Sequence record: KF147891.1
Direction: 5' to 3' (one strand)
From: Pseudomonas phage PaBG
DNA length: 64,000 nt
Part shown: in pieces, positions 28,906 through 38,825 of the stretch
Position numbering within the stretch: the stretch's first letter is position 1
Layout: every line of letters begins with the position of its first letter
Program-made: the position numbers and the translations under genes
Notes under the pieces: generated by a model
The model's input: the letters and a program-made list of their open reading frames with translations, nothing else
Database searches by the model: none
Told to the model about the DNA's origin: nothing

Positions 28906-29297
28906 GCTTGACATCAATCTTTCGGCTCGCGCCTGTACGTGCAGCCGTCATAGGACCTAGCTTGTTGGGTGCCAAAACGGAGTACCGCAATCCTGGCATC
29001 AGCCTGCGCGTACTCGACGCCGACGCCGAAAAGGGTTCGTATGTCGGCGGTTTTCCTGCGGTAAAGTTGAGCTCCGTGCGTGATCGCTTTGCTATCTCCA
29101 TGGGGAGCGTCACGGCGCCCGTCGGGGAGAAGCAACATTCTGCGTTGGCTCCAATATACGCATCGGCATCCGCCCGCGTCACCGATCAGCCGAGTGTTCA
29201 AGAAGGGCTGATCACGCATGTTCGCGTAACTACGGCAAGCGCTCGCATTGCCGCACCTGCTCACTCCACAGTTTCTATCGAGGTCGAATATGCGTAA
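28902..29297 (+). CDS. hypothetical protein
   Basis: GAAGAGGTG RBS, 131 aa, Ala/Ser-rich. Confidence 0.4.
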   Translation: MSLTSIFRLAPVRAAVIGPSLLGAKTEYRNPGISLRVLDADAEKGSYVGGFPAVKLSSVRDRFAISMGSVTAPVGEKQHSALAPIYASASARVTDQPSVQEGLITHVRVTTASARIAAPAHSTVSIEVEYA

Positions 29298-31197
29298 GCT
29301 CCTTCCAAAGCCGATTAAAACCCTGCGCGACGGGTATGTCGTATTGTTCAACGGCAAAATGATCGCGGACAGCGAACTGTACACTGAGTCCGGACAAAAA
29401 CTCAGCGATGCCAACTATCCGATGCCGAAGCTGACTACCACAGGAACTGTCGTCATTAGCGAGCTGTCCTACAAGGAACCTTCCGGAGATTCTCGCAATT
29501 CGTATGTGCAGACCACGTTCGTTGCAGACAACGGGCGTGTGGCCGAAGCCTGTAAACAACTTAACGACACGGGTACGAACTGGCGCGAGTTTCTGAGCGG
29601 CGAGGATCGCCACTGTTTCTATGTCTTCGGCATGGACAGTCCATTTCCTGCTGTATACACTGATACCAAAGGCAGCCAAGCTGGACGTATTAACGCACGC
29701 CACCAATCTTGTGCCCTCGATGTAACGGCCGAGACAACTTCGCGCGTGCTTGAGCCAAATCAGGTCATCAACTACGGAACCTCGACCAGTGCGCAATCTC
29801 CAAGTACCCCAGGTGCGTCCTACCTTGGTATGAGTCGCATCTTAGATGAATCCGACACTCGGTACCTGAGTCTAGTGGTGCAATTGAACGGTACTATGTC
29901 GGCATACGGTTCCTCGACATATTGCCCGACGTTGCAGACAGTACGCAAGGATTACTCCGTGCGCGACGCTGGGTATAACGCGACTACGGCTCCGTGTATT
30001 CCACTGTGGCACGATACTACGGACAAAGTGTTCTTTGCTTGGGAATTGTCGAATAGCCCGACAGCGTACGGGTTGGCAGGTGCAATTATTCGACCAATCG
30101 CTCTCCACTATAGTTCCGACATGGTGGCGACTCGCGTACAAGCTGGCTACACCGTGACATTGGACAGCTTCGTTAGCTCAACCATATCTGGATTCACCTC
30201 CAACAAGCCGTGGCGCACGCTACCAATCATTCGCGCTCTCAAGAAGGCCGATGGTCTCCTGACCGCGTTCATTCCGAATGTTCAGGGTATTGCTGGAACT
30301 GTTCAGACAAACCTCGTGGGCAGTGTTTCTCTGGACCGTGTCGAGTATAACTACGTCACGAAGACCTTTGGTTCCCGTATCCAGATGAACGTCGTTGATC
30401 CAGATACTGGCTTGACGCCCACCTGGGGCGAGAACATGGTTGTCGTCCGCGACTCCAACTGGGCGAACGCGAAGATGAACACTGGGGATAACTACCCTGC
30501 GCACTTCCAGTTCTCCTTCATGCACGAGGTAGATAACGAGACCTACGTCGTCATCCTTGTGACGGGCAACGGCATTCCCAGCCGCAACCGCAACAACAAC
30601 AATTTCCAGTATCCGACGAATACCGTGCAGTACACGTTGCGCTTGGATAAGGCAGACAAGACGAAAGCCTATCTGGTTGCCCGTGAAAATCTGGATGGCT
30701 TCTTTGGCACGCAGCGTTCGCTCTACTCGTTCGCGGGTACTCAAGATCACAGCAGCCTGTATTGCATTTGCGACAATGACGTGGTGCGCCTCGTGTTCGA
30801 TCAGACGCAATTGAAGTACGTCCTGTCCGACACTGTGATCGACGTGGATGCTGTTAGCCTGCTGGTCAAGGACAACGGCGACGTGTGGTTGATGGATCAG
30901 ATGCAGCGCGTGTACCAGATGCGCCAAAGCAACGCTGATCTGGTGCGCCTGCGCTTCGGCCAGGTGAATGACCGCTTCGTCGAGGCTCCGTATGACGTCC
31001 AGCTATTCGTCAGTGCGGCTAATTTCATGGGAGAGCTTGGTGCTAAACCCATTGAGCTGGTAATCGACGGACCTGCCGTGTTCAAAGCGAACAACGGCAA
31101 GAAACTCAACATCACCACGTCCGCAGCAGATGAGCTGGCTTTGCTCATCACTGTCACCGGATACGGTGAGATTTACGTGACACCCAGAGGATTGTGA
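29290..31197 (+). CDS. large virion protein (635 aa)
   Basis: ATG 29290 with GAGGTCG RBS (the track's 29248 start overlaps the upstream gene). No recognised domain. Confidence 0.55.
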   Translation: MRKLLPKPIKTLRDGYVVLFNGKMIADSELYTESGQKLSDANYPMPKLTTTGTVVISELSYKEPSGDSRNSYVQTTFVADNGRVAEACKQLNDTGTNWREFLSGEDRHCFYVFGMDSPFPAVYTDTKGSQAGRINARHQSCALDVTAETTSRVLEPNQVINYGTSTSAQSPSTPGASYLGMSRILDESDTRYLSLVVQLNGTMSAYGSSTYCPTLQTVRKDYSVRDAGYNATTAPCIPLWHDTTDKVFFAWELSNSPTAYGLAGAIIRPIALHYSSDMVATRVQAGYTVTLDSFVSSTISGFTSNKPWRTLPIIRALKKADGLLTAFIPNVQGIAGTVQTNLVGSVSLDRVEYNYVTKTFGSRIQMNVVDPDTGLTPTWGENMVVVRDSNWANAKMNTGDNYPAHFQFSFMHEVDNETYVVILVTGNGIPSRNRNNNNFQYPTNTVQYTLRLDKADKTKAYLVARENLDGFFGTQRSLYSFAGTQDHSSLYCICDNDVVRLVFDQTQLKYVLSDTVIDVDAVSLLVKDNGDVWLMDQMQRVYQMRQSNADLVRLRFGQVNDRFVEAPYDVQLFVSAANFMGELGAKPIELVIDGPAVFKANNGKKLNITTSAADELALLITVTGYGEIYVTPRGL

Positions 31198-31204
31198 TTC
31201 AAAG

Positions 31205-31220
31205 GGCACAAGGACGTGCC
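31205..31220 (+). promoter_or_regulatory. conserved palindromic intergenic element GGCAC-AAGGAC-GTGCC (copy 1)
   Basis: One of three copies of GCACA(A/G)GGACGTGC, each in an intergenic gap 20-45 nt upstream of a gene start. Confidence 0.5.
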
Positions 31221-31238
31221 TACAACTGAGACCCAACC

Positions 31239-31910
31239 ATGTTCAAAATACCAAGCATTTCGCCTTGGCCAGGTGACCGACCGGTAGAAAGCGAGTACAC
31301 GATTCTCAACGCGCAGGAGGGCGTCAACGGCATCTACCGAGTCTCAGGACCTGACGGTGAGGAGTTTGATGCCTACTGCGACATGACAACCGACGGCGGC
31401 CATTGGATTCTCATTGCCAGATGGGCCGCGTCTCCGAACAAGACGATTACATGGGGACAGGTTATCGTCAAAGACGCCTCACTGAACACTACGACCAATA
31501 GCGCTACTCTGTACCCTGTGATCCCCACAGGTGTCCGCAACGTGGCCAAGGAAGTGTTGTTCAAAAGTGCGGCTTCTGGCTGGGTTAGCCGATACGGCCA
31601 GTGGTTGAAATTCACCACTACGGATGATCCTGCCCTTGTCATCACTTCGACTGGCATTGATGCAATGCGTGGTAGTGATCGTGCGATTGTGAAGATGCAC
31701 GGTGAGAGTGCAGGCTGGGGAGGGAACACGTCGATGACCAACAACTTCTCGCTCTGGACACAATGGGGTAACGGCGGCCCATGTGGTGGTGCCGGCGTCT
31801 GCGGTTCTCAGAAGATTTGCCCAGTAATTAGAGCCAACTACAACTACAGTTGCCATTTCGATTTCTCCTCCGTGAAGCAACTGTTTATCAGAAGTCGTAT
31901 TCCTGAATAA
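31239..31910 (+). CDS. fibrinogen-related-domain (FReD)-like protein
   Basis: 'GIYRVSGPDGEEFDAYCDMTTDGGHWILIARW' matches the hallmark 'SG.Y.I.P.....F.VYCDM.TDGGGWTV.QRR' of fibrinogen C-terminal globular domains. Confidence 0.65.
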   Translation: MFKIPSISPWPGDRPVESEYTILNAQEGVNGIYRVSGPDGEEFDAYCDMTTDGGHWILIARWAASPNKTITWGQVIVKDASLNTTTNSATLYPVIPTGVRNVAKEVLFKSAASGWVSRYGQWLKFTTTDDPALVITSTGIDAMRGSDRAIVKMHGESAGWGGNTSMTNNFSLWTQWGNGGPCGGAGVCGSQKICPVIRANYNYSCHFDFSSVKQLFIRSRIPE

Positions 31911-31920
31911 AGAGGCAATC

Positions 31921-34900
31921 ATGCTTAGCCTGATTCCAAGACTAGCTCCATGGCCGCTAGTACGCGGAGACCTACGGAGTTATCCGACCCTACTAAGCAA
32001 GACTGCGTTTTCCGCAGTGCCGACAACTGGCCTGTCTGGCAGCATAGTCCAGCTAAGTCACTTGACGTACAAGCCCGAGACTGGCAAGCTATTCGTTCCA
32101 CTGCTGCACAGTGATCGGACTGGACGGCTGGCTGTTTATGACGTAGCCGGGAACTCGCTCACGCAAGCAGTGTCTTTTGCCGCAATGGGAGGCACAGGAG
32201 TGCTTCGTCCAGGCGCCCACCACACACTGAGCAGAACTGCCAGCGGGGCAGCATCCGGTAAAGTACCTGCAGTGGTCACATGGGGCACAACATCGACACC
32301 CTCTGGTATCGGTGTAGGTCTTTTCAACGAGACAGCCTCCGCCATCGAAGGGTTTACGACGTCCGCCGCGAGCATCGTCAGCAACCAGTCAAACTTGAAC
32401 TTGCAAGCGTCAATCATCATGAATGCCGCTGGTGACGTAGGGCTTGTGCAGTACATCGACGGACCAGACAGCACTCGCTATCTGAAATACAGGAAGGTCG
32501 TATACGATCAAGCCCAGGGCAAGCTAGTCGTCGGCACTGGCGCCCAAGAATTTGTAGGTCAGCAGCAGCCTGCAGTCGCCCGATACTACAAGGATTCCTT
32601 GTTTGTTGTGTGCGGGCTTGCCAGCTCAGGCAAAGCATTTGCGCAACTGCTCGATGTGTCTGGTGATGCTCCAGTACTGGTAGACTCCGCACCTGCGCTT
32701 AAGGCGAGTTCTCTAGCCTGGGGAAAAGCATCTATCGATGTCGTTGGGGACAATTTGGTCATCACGTATCTGGATGCAACTGGTGACCTTAACGCGGAGC
32801 TGTTCGCACTCTCCTCAACTTCCATTACGCGCAAGTCCACACAACCGCTGGGAGGCTTCACGACCTCCTCAGGTGTGCGCGATAGTATCGTTCTAGGTGA
32901 CACTGTATTCGCTCTGATCGTAACTGGCAACTCAGTAGACGTGGCGAAAACAACGATCGGTGCGCAAGGCGTAACGCGCTTCACCGTTGACCGTAACGTC
33001 ATGACGTTGGATGCCACGTATACGCAGGCGTACATGGCAAAGATCAGCGACACTCGATTGCTGTTCGTCAAAGCTGGCACCACCGGGGCGATGCAATACC
33101 AGTTTGTCGATTACGTGTGGCGTGTCGATCTGACTCCGTCCAAGGTGCTGGCCCAGTATCGGTTCTACGACGGTGAAGCCATCAACGAAGTCGGCGAACG
33201 CTTCGCTCTGCTGGGCTCTGGCGCTACAGTCGGCAATGGCCGCCTAAACACCACAACCAACACGACTTCGCGCATCGAGCAAGACCAGGTCTATTTCGGG
33301 CCTGACGATGATCTGACGATAGAGGCGATTGTAAAAGCAACGTCTTCCGGCAGTAACGGGTACTCTCCGATCTGCCAGTGGAACGTAGGCGGCTCCAACA
33401 ATAACTCCTGGGCCATGTCTGTCGTTAGCGGGCTCCTTCGCTTCTCGTGGTCTTCCAGTGGGTCTGCATCATCAACATACCTAACGTCAAACACGCCCGT
33501 CCCAACTGGCATCGAAACACACGTCGCGGTTGTTCGGAAAAACGGCGTGTTCCGACTGTACGTGGCTGGGCAGCAGCAAAACGAAACTTCGGTCGACGCT
33601 ACCGCTAACGCATTGAACACCAGACCAGTGTCCACGAGCTGGTCAGACACGACCGGTTGGTTGAACGGGTCACGAGGCAACATTCGGATCAGCCGCGAAG
33701 CGCTGTATGACGGAGATTTCCAACCTCCGACAGAACTGCCGACGATCACTCGTCCGACATACAGCGAACAAGATCAGGCTGCGTGTGTTTTCCAATTGGA
33801 TTTGCGCCGCGACAATCTGTTGGACGAGGTTACGGACAACCAAGTCACGTTCGTCAACGGTACCGCCCTGACGAATGGACGCATCGTCACGGTAAACAAT
33901 ACGACTTCGCAGTACACCTGCCAGAGCAAGAAGTTCGGTGAGGGTGATTTCACGGCTGAGCTGATGATCAACCTGCAAGCTGTCAGCGCAACGTACGGTG
34001 CTGTGATCATGGGCAACTGGCGTGCAGGCGGTGTAGCCAGTGACGAGAACCGTTGGTGCATCATCCTGGACAGTAATCGCAACATTGGCTTCAACATGGC
34101 CAGATCGGCCGACGCCAACGACTTCGCTTGGATGATGTCCTCGACGCCTGTTCCATTGAACGTGGACTGCCACATTGTAGCGGAGCGCGTAAATGGAGTC
34201 GTGACTCTCTACCTGAACGGCAGCCAGGTGGCGCAATCCAACGAGACTGATTTCAACTTCCCAATCCGCGGAGGTGAAGCCGGTTGGAAGGTGCACAGTA
34301 TCAGTTCTCAGGTTGCGTACACCGTGGGAATGCGCTGCTGGAATCTGCGCATCATGGACAAAGCCTACTACAATGGCGATGTCAAGCGCGAGAATGAATT
34401 CCCAGCGCTGTCTGTGAAAGAGTACGTCATAGTCAACGGCGCCTATCTGCACCCGGACTTCTCCCTGCAGGGTGGCGCTACTCAAACGGAAGTTGGCGTT
34501 GATATGACCGCTGGCAAATACATCTTGGGTACAGGATCGCCCAAGTATGTGTTCTACCGAGGCGATTTCACAGTCGAAGCAACGGTCACACCACGTAGCT
34601 TGGTCTACGGTACTGGTGCAGGTTCCGGTTCTGCTATAGTCCCTCTGTGGGCGTGCCATACCTGGGCTGCTCCTGGGCAGCCAGTGAACTGGGAACTATT
34701 CTTGAACTTAGGAACGAACCAGATTGCGTTCGGCACTTCCCATTCTGACTCTACGCTCAGTCGAACAATGCCTTACACATTCACTCTTGGCCAGCGCATA
34801 AACTTCAAGGTGGTGCGCCGCCGCAGTCAGATGTATGCCTTTGTGGACGACACGCTCGTAGGTGTGACCGACATGCCCTACAACATCGGATATGACATAA

Positions 34901-35010
34901 CACAGCCTCCGTTCATCGGACGCCGACGTGGTGGCGGTAGTGGTGAAGTGAATTGGTGGAACGACGTTCTTCTGGAGAAATTCATTATCACCAAGCGCGC
35001 CAAGATGTGA
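31921..35010 (+). CDS. giant LamG/ConA-like repeat protein (1029 aa), N-terminus MLSLIPRLAPWPL
   Basis: Repeated ~200-aa jelly-roll-like units ending 'CWNLRIMDKAYYNGDV' or 'LYDGDFQPP'. Units match those in the next gene. Confidence 0.7.
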   Translation: MLSLIPRLAPWPLVRGDLRSYPTLLSKTAFSAVPTTGLSGSIVQLSHLTYKPETGKLFVPLLHSDRTGRLAVYDVAGNSLTQAVSFAAMGGTGVLRPGAHHTLSRTASGAASGKVPAVVTWGTTSTPSGIGVGLFNETASAIEGFTTSAASIVSNQSNLNLQASIIMNAAGDVGLVQYIDGPDSTRYLKYRKVVYDQAQGKLVVGTGAQEFVGQQQPAVARYYKDSLFVVCGLASSGKAFAQLLDVSGDAPVLVDSAPALKASSLAWGKASIDVVGDNLVITYLDATGDLNAELFALSSTSITRKSTQPLGGFTTSSGVRDSIVLGDTVFALIVTGNSVDVAKTTIGAQGVTRFTVDRNVMTLDATYTQAYMAKISDTRLLFVKAGTTGAMQYQFVDYVWRVDLTPSKVLAQYRFYDGEAINEVGERFALLGSGATVGNGRLNTTTNTTSRIEQDQVYFGPDDDLTIEAIVKATSSGSNGYSPICQWNVGGSNNNSWAMSVVSGLLRFSWSSSGSASSTYLTSNTPVPTGIETHVAVVRKNGVFRLYVAGQQQNETSVDATANALNTRPVSTSWSDTTGWLNGSRGNIRISREALYDGDFQPPTELPTITRPTYSEQDQAACVFQLDLRRDNLLDEVTDNQVTFVNGTALTNGRIVTVNNTTSQYTCQSKKFGEGDFTAELMINLQAVSATYGAVIMGNWRAGGVASDENRWCIILDSNRNIGFNMARSADANDFAWMMSSTPVPLNVDCHIVAERVNGVVTLYLNGSQVAQSNETDFNFPIRGGEAGWKVHSISSQVAYTVGMRCWNLRIMDKAYYNGDVKRENEFPALSVKEYVIVNGAYLHPDFSLQGGATQTEVGVDMTAGKYILGTGSPKYVFYRGDFTVEATVTPRSLVYGTGAGSGSAIVPLWACHTWAAPGQPVNWELFLNLGTNQIAFGTSHSDSTLSRTMPYTFTLGQRINFKVVRRRSQMYAFVDDTLVGVTDMPYNIGYDITQPPFIGRRRGGGSGEVNWWNDVLLEKFIITKRAKM

Positions 35011-35017
35011 TCTATAC

Positions 35018-35033
35018 GGCACAGGGACGTGCC
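35018..35033 (+). promoter_or_regulatory. conserved palindromic intergenic element GGCAC-AGGGAC-GTGCC (copy 2)
   Basis: Same motif as copy 1. Overlaps the spurious GTG start of track ORF 35029. Confidence 0.5.
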
Positions 35034-35064
35034 ATTTCTATGTATTCAATTACGGGAGCATCCT

Positions 35065-38000
35065 ATGCTGAGTCTGATTCCGAGACTAGCACCTTGGCCT
35101 TTGCCGAGGGCATCCTCAGAGGTAAGTGACCTTTGGGTGCAATATCGATTTCTTGGCACTGAAGCCATTGATGAAGTTACGGATGCTGTAGCCACGCTCT
35201 ACGGAACCGCCACTTTGGCTGACGGTAAACTCGTGACTAACCCAGCGAGTCCTGCCAACTACGCGGCCATGAACAACATCATCTTCGACGCCAACGAAGA
35301 TTTCAACATAAGCCTGAACGTGAATATGCCGTTCAGCAACAGCCGTCCATACAACACTATTCTTGGTGTGTACACTTCGACCGCAGGTCCACGTGCTTGG
35401 GCTCTGGGTCGCATCGGTAACGACACTAACCCGTCGAAGCTCCACTTCGCCATGGTCTCAGGAGGTGTCAAATACGACTTCTACGGTCCCGTGCTGAACG
35501 CCGACACTGATTACCACATCGAAGTGTCGCGCACTCAGAACGTGCTGTACATCTTCGTAAACGGCAACTTGGAGCTGGCTACGCCTTTTGCCTTGGGCAA
35601 CGATCAGGCTTCTTTGCCCAGGATGCGTACCGACGTTATCCTCGCCGAGGGCCAGACGGCGACGCTCACGCACCACGGCGGCGGCTATAAGTGGGGCCTT
35701 CAGATTTTCAAAGGTAAGGGCGGTCATACGTCCAACTTTACGCCCGAAGCACCTGTCGAATACTCGCGCCCGTACTACACGGCAGACGTAGCACAAGACA
35801 TCAAGCTGCAACTTGGCATGCGCCGCGGTACTAAGGCGTGCGAAGCCTCTGGTGCCCAGTTAGCCTTGAACGGCACAGCGACCGTAGGTAAGAACGCTCG
35901 CTTATCTTTGACGAACGTAACGACCTCTTACGCGAGTATCCCGGTTGCCGCATTTGGAGAAGCCGACTTTACCATTGAGTTCATGTGTAACCTGAGCGCT
36001 GTGCATTCGACATATGGTAACCATTTCGGGCACATGTTTAGCTCGGTGAGCGCCAGCGAGGATAACCGCTGGATCGTTTGGGTGTCGCCTTCGGGTCGTC
36101 TGGGCTTTTCGATGAGCTTATCCGCGAACGCGAATGACACTGTAGGCACAGGTTCCGTAGAGGGTGCCTTCAAGTTCAACCGTGACAATCACATTGTTGT
36201 CCAGCGTAAGGATGGCGTCATCAAGCTCTACTTGAACAAACAAGAAGTGGCACAAATGGCACAAGCTGCACCCATCAGGGGCGGCGCTGGTGTGTTCCGC
36301 ACACAGTCGCTCAACGGTGCAACCTCGTGTGCCGGCCAGCTGTGGAACATTCGGATTGCTGACCGGGCACTCTACTCGGAACAGGTCAAGACCAAGCCAA
36401 CATTCCCGCAGTTCACCAAAGAATACGACCCCACGCTGTTCATGCAGTACACGTTCAGCTACGACGAAGCGATCAACGAAGTTACGGAGACGTTCGCGGC
36501 TCTCTCCGGCAACGCGGCCGTATCAAATGGCAGGTTGTCCACTGGGTCTTCGGCGAGCGACAACATGTCTACGCCTGCCACGTTGATCGAACCGAACGAA
36601 GACTTCACGTTGGAGGTGATGTTCAACTGCACCACGCATAACGTGAACATGCCGATTCTCGGTATCGTGGGTGGGAGTAACACAGGCGTATCCAAGAACG
36701 CATGGTACTTGCACTACGACGTTCCTGCTGCGGCATTTCGCTTCATGGTGTATGACGGTACTGGCGCCAGTGACATGGTGCAGTTCGCACGCCCCAACAT
36801 CTTCAATACTGACACGCACATCGCAATAGCCCGTAAAGGCGGTGTGATGACGCTGTTCATCGCGGGTCAGCCAGTTGCCAGCACACCAAGCATCAAAGGT
36901 AACGTGCCGACTTCTGTGCAGATGGGCACCACGTTCTCCTCAACGTACATGAACGGGACGCGAACAAACTTCCGTCTGGTGCGCGGACGCGCGCTGTACG
37001 ATTCCGCGTTCGAGCCTCCGGTAACGCTGCCTGTTGTAGGTCGTCCGACGTACACCCAGCAAGAAGCCGCTGCGACCAAAGCGCAGATCGATCTGCGCCG
37101 AGACAGTGCGCGAAACGATGCCAACGGACGCTCCGTTCAAGTTTATAGCTCGGCACGTCACGTTAGGGGCCGCATTCTTCATGCTGCCGCAACGTCGTCG
37201 TTCTACTACGCACCATGCGAGCCATTCGGAGCTGGTGATTTCACCATAGAGCTGGACTTTAACCTGACATCGATCAACGGCACGTACGGAGGTGCACTGG
37301 CCGGACAGTGGGTGCGAGGCAACGTAGCCTCAGAAGATAACTGCTGGCTGATCTATGTAGGACCAACCAGACTCATCCAGTTCGCCTGGGCCCGCAGTGC
37401 CGCAGCGAACGATTTCGACTTCATCGCGTCTGCGGCAGGCGTGTTTGATTTCAGCGCTGACTACCGTTTGGTTGTGGAGCGTATCGGGACCACGCTGACG
37501 ATCTACCTGAACAATGTCCAGGTTGCACAGGGTACGTGCGCGATCCCGTTGAGAACAAACGCTCCCCATTACGTGCGCAGTAACAGCTCGGCAAACCTAT
37601 ATGCGTTCGGCGGTTCTGTGTGGAATCTGCGCATTTCGGATCGTGCAGTGTACAACGGCAATGTAACGCGAGTCCCACTGTTCCCGAAAATGCCGAAAGC
37701 CGCCGAGTACACGGACCAGAGTCTGTTGAACGACATTGTTGTGCAGTGCGATATGAACGAAGGGAACGCACGCAACGCCAAGACAGGTGAAGTCATTACG
37801 TTCTCAGGTACGGGTGCGGCTATTCGTGAGCGCTTGGTGACGACACTTGCCAACACTTCGCGCTGGTATATCCCGTGCGGTCCGTTCAGTGCTGGCGATT
37901 TCACAATCGAGTTCGATTTGAACCTGCTGAGTTCCACTGGGGCTTCGTCTCGTCCGATCTTCGGTCAGTTCAGAGGTGACGTAGGACCAAACTCGTGGGT

Positions 38001-38760
38001 TTTCTACACCACGTCATCTGGTAACTTGGCGTTCCAGTGTTTGGGTGTAGATGCGTCATCGCTGAGTATCGACTCTCTCAATGGGCCTATCGAGAAGCGC
38101 ACGCTGACAGCAGGTAAAGAACATCACGTGGTTGTCGAGCGCAAGGCTGGCGTTGTGACCATGTACATCGATGGTGTTGTCATCGGCAGCGGAGCTTTCA
38201 CTGCACAGCTTGTGGACATGTCGGCGTATCCGTACATCACGAACCTGTACGATCTGTCCACGGCGAAGTATTGTGCCAGTGAGATTGGCAACGTGCGTAT
38301 TGCCAAGCGTGCCCTGTACAATGGTGTGATCACCAAAGCAAGGCTGCCGCTCGTCCCGAACCAGAAGCCTTCGTTGACTGCGAACATCGGTTCGGCGATT
38401 GGTACTCTGTCTGGTGCGTGCCAGAACTTGTATTACGGTGGCGTGCAAAGCTCGTTGGGTGCATTCAGCCATACGCTGTTCCGTGACATCCGCGATCCGC
38501 AGAACGTCAAGACTGTTCGCCTTGTTGCGCTCGCTCTCGACAGGACGTACACCGTGCTGGCGTGGCGAGAAGTGGATATGCCGCCGACCGCGGATATGCC
38601 GCAGTTCACCAACTCGTTGAAGATCGGGAACGCCGCACCTCTGCTGATCTCCAATTCGTCCGGCGCTAGTGTTGCAAATGGCGTCACGGGGCGGTATTGG
38701 TCTGGCAACCCGTTTGGTCCGTTGACACACGGAACTGCCATTCCATTCGAGTTTGTGTAG
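35065..38760 (+). CDS. giant LamG/ConA-like repeat protein (1231 aa), paralogue with identical N-terminus MLSLIPRLAPWPL
   Basis: GGGAG RBS before ATG 35065. At least 5 repeat units with 'SEDNRW', 'VW or LWNLRI.DRA.Y' and 'G....L(Y/F)...Q.VA'. Confidence 0.7.
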   Translation: MLSLIPRLAPWPLPRASSEVSDLWVQYRFLGTEAIDEVTDAVATLYGTATLADGKLVTNPASPANYAAMNNIIFDANEDFNISLNVNMPFSNSRPYNTILGVYTSTAGPRAWALGRIGNDTNPSKLHFAMVSGGVKYDFYGPVLNADTDYHIEVSRTQNVLYIFVNGNLELATPFALGNDQASLPRMRTDVILAEGQTATLTHHGGGYKWGLQIFKGKGGHTSNFTPEAPVEYSRPYYTADVAQDIKLQLGMRRGTKACEASGAQLALNGTATVGKNARLSLTNVTTSYASIPVAAFGEADFTIEFMCNLSAVHSTYGNHFGHMFSSVSASEDNRWIVWVSPSGRLGFSMSLSANANDTVGTGSVEGAFKFNRDNHIVVQRKDGVIKLYLNKQEVAQMAQAAPIRGGAGVFRTQSLNGATSCAGQLWNIRIADRALYSEQVKTKPTFPQFTKEYDPTLFMQYTFSYDEAINEVTETFAALSGNAAVSNGRLSTGSSASDNMSTPATLIEPNEDFTLEVMFNCTTHNVNMPILGIVGGSNTGVSKNAWYLHYDVPAAAFRFMVYDGTGASDMVQFARPNIFNTDTHIAIARKGGVMTLFIAGQPVASTPSIKGNVPTSVQMGTTFSSTYMNGTRTNFRLVRGRALYDSAFEPPVTLPVVGRPTYTQQEAAATKAQIDLRRDSARNDANGRSVQVYSSARHVRGRILHAAATSSFYYAPCEPFGAGDFTIELDFNLTSINGTYGGALAGQWVRGNVASEDNCWLIYVGPTRLIQFAWARSAAANDFDFIASAAGVFDFSADYRLVVERIGTTLTIYLNNVQVAQGTCAIPLRTNAPHYVRSNSSANLYAFGGSVWNLRISDRAVYNGNVTRVPLFPKMPKAAEYTDQSLLNDIVVQCDMNEGNARNAKTGEVITFSGTGAAIRERLVTTLANTSRWYIPCGPFSAGDFTIEFDLNLLSSTGASSRPIFGQFRGDVGPNSWVFYTTSSGNLAFQCLGVDASSLSIDSLNGPIEKRTLTAGKEHHVVVERKAGVVTMYIDGVVIGSGAFTAQLVDMSAYPYITNLYDLSTAKYCASEIGNVRIAKRALYNGVITKARLPLVPNQKPSLTANIGSAIGTLSGACQNLYYGGVQSSLGAFSHTLFRDIRDPQNVKTVRLVALALDRTYTVLAWREVDMPPTADMPQFTNSLKIGNAAPLLISNSSGASVANGVTGRYWSGNPFGPLTHGTAIPFEFV

Positions 38761-38765
38761 GACAA

Positions 38766-38783
38766 CAGCACAAGGACGTGCTG
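38766..38783 (+). promoter_or_regulatory. conserved palindromic intergenic element CAGCAC-AAGGAC-GTGCTG (copy 3)
   Basis: Third copy. 43 nt upstream of ATG 38826. Confidence 0.5.
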
Positions 38784-38825
38784 TACGGCAGCGTAATTTA
38801 CACGCATCAAAGAGGAGAATCCACA

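Noticed and set aside
35029-35064. GTG start at 35029 for the second LamG-repeat gene
   Set aside because: It lies inside the conserved intergenic palindrome. ATG 35065 has a GGGAG RBS and yields the same MLSLIPRLAPWPL N-terminus as the paralogue.
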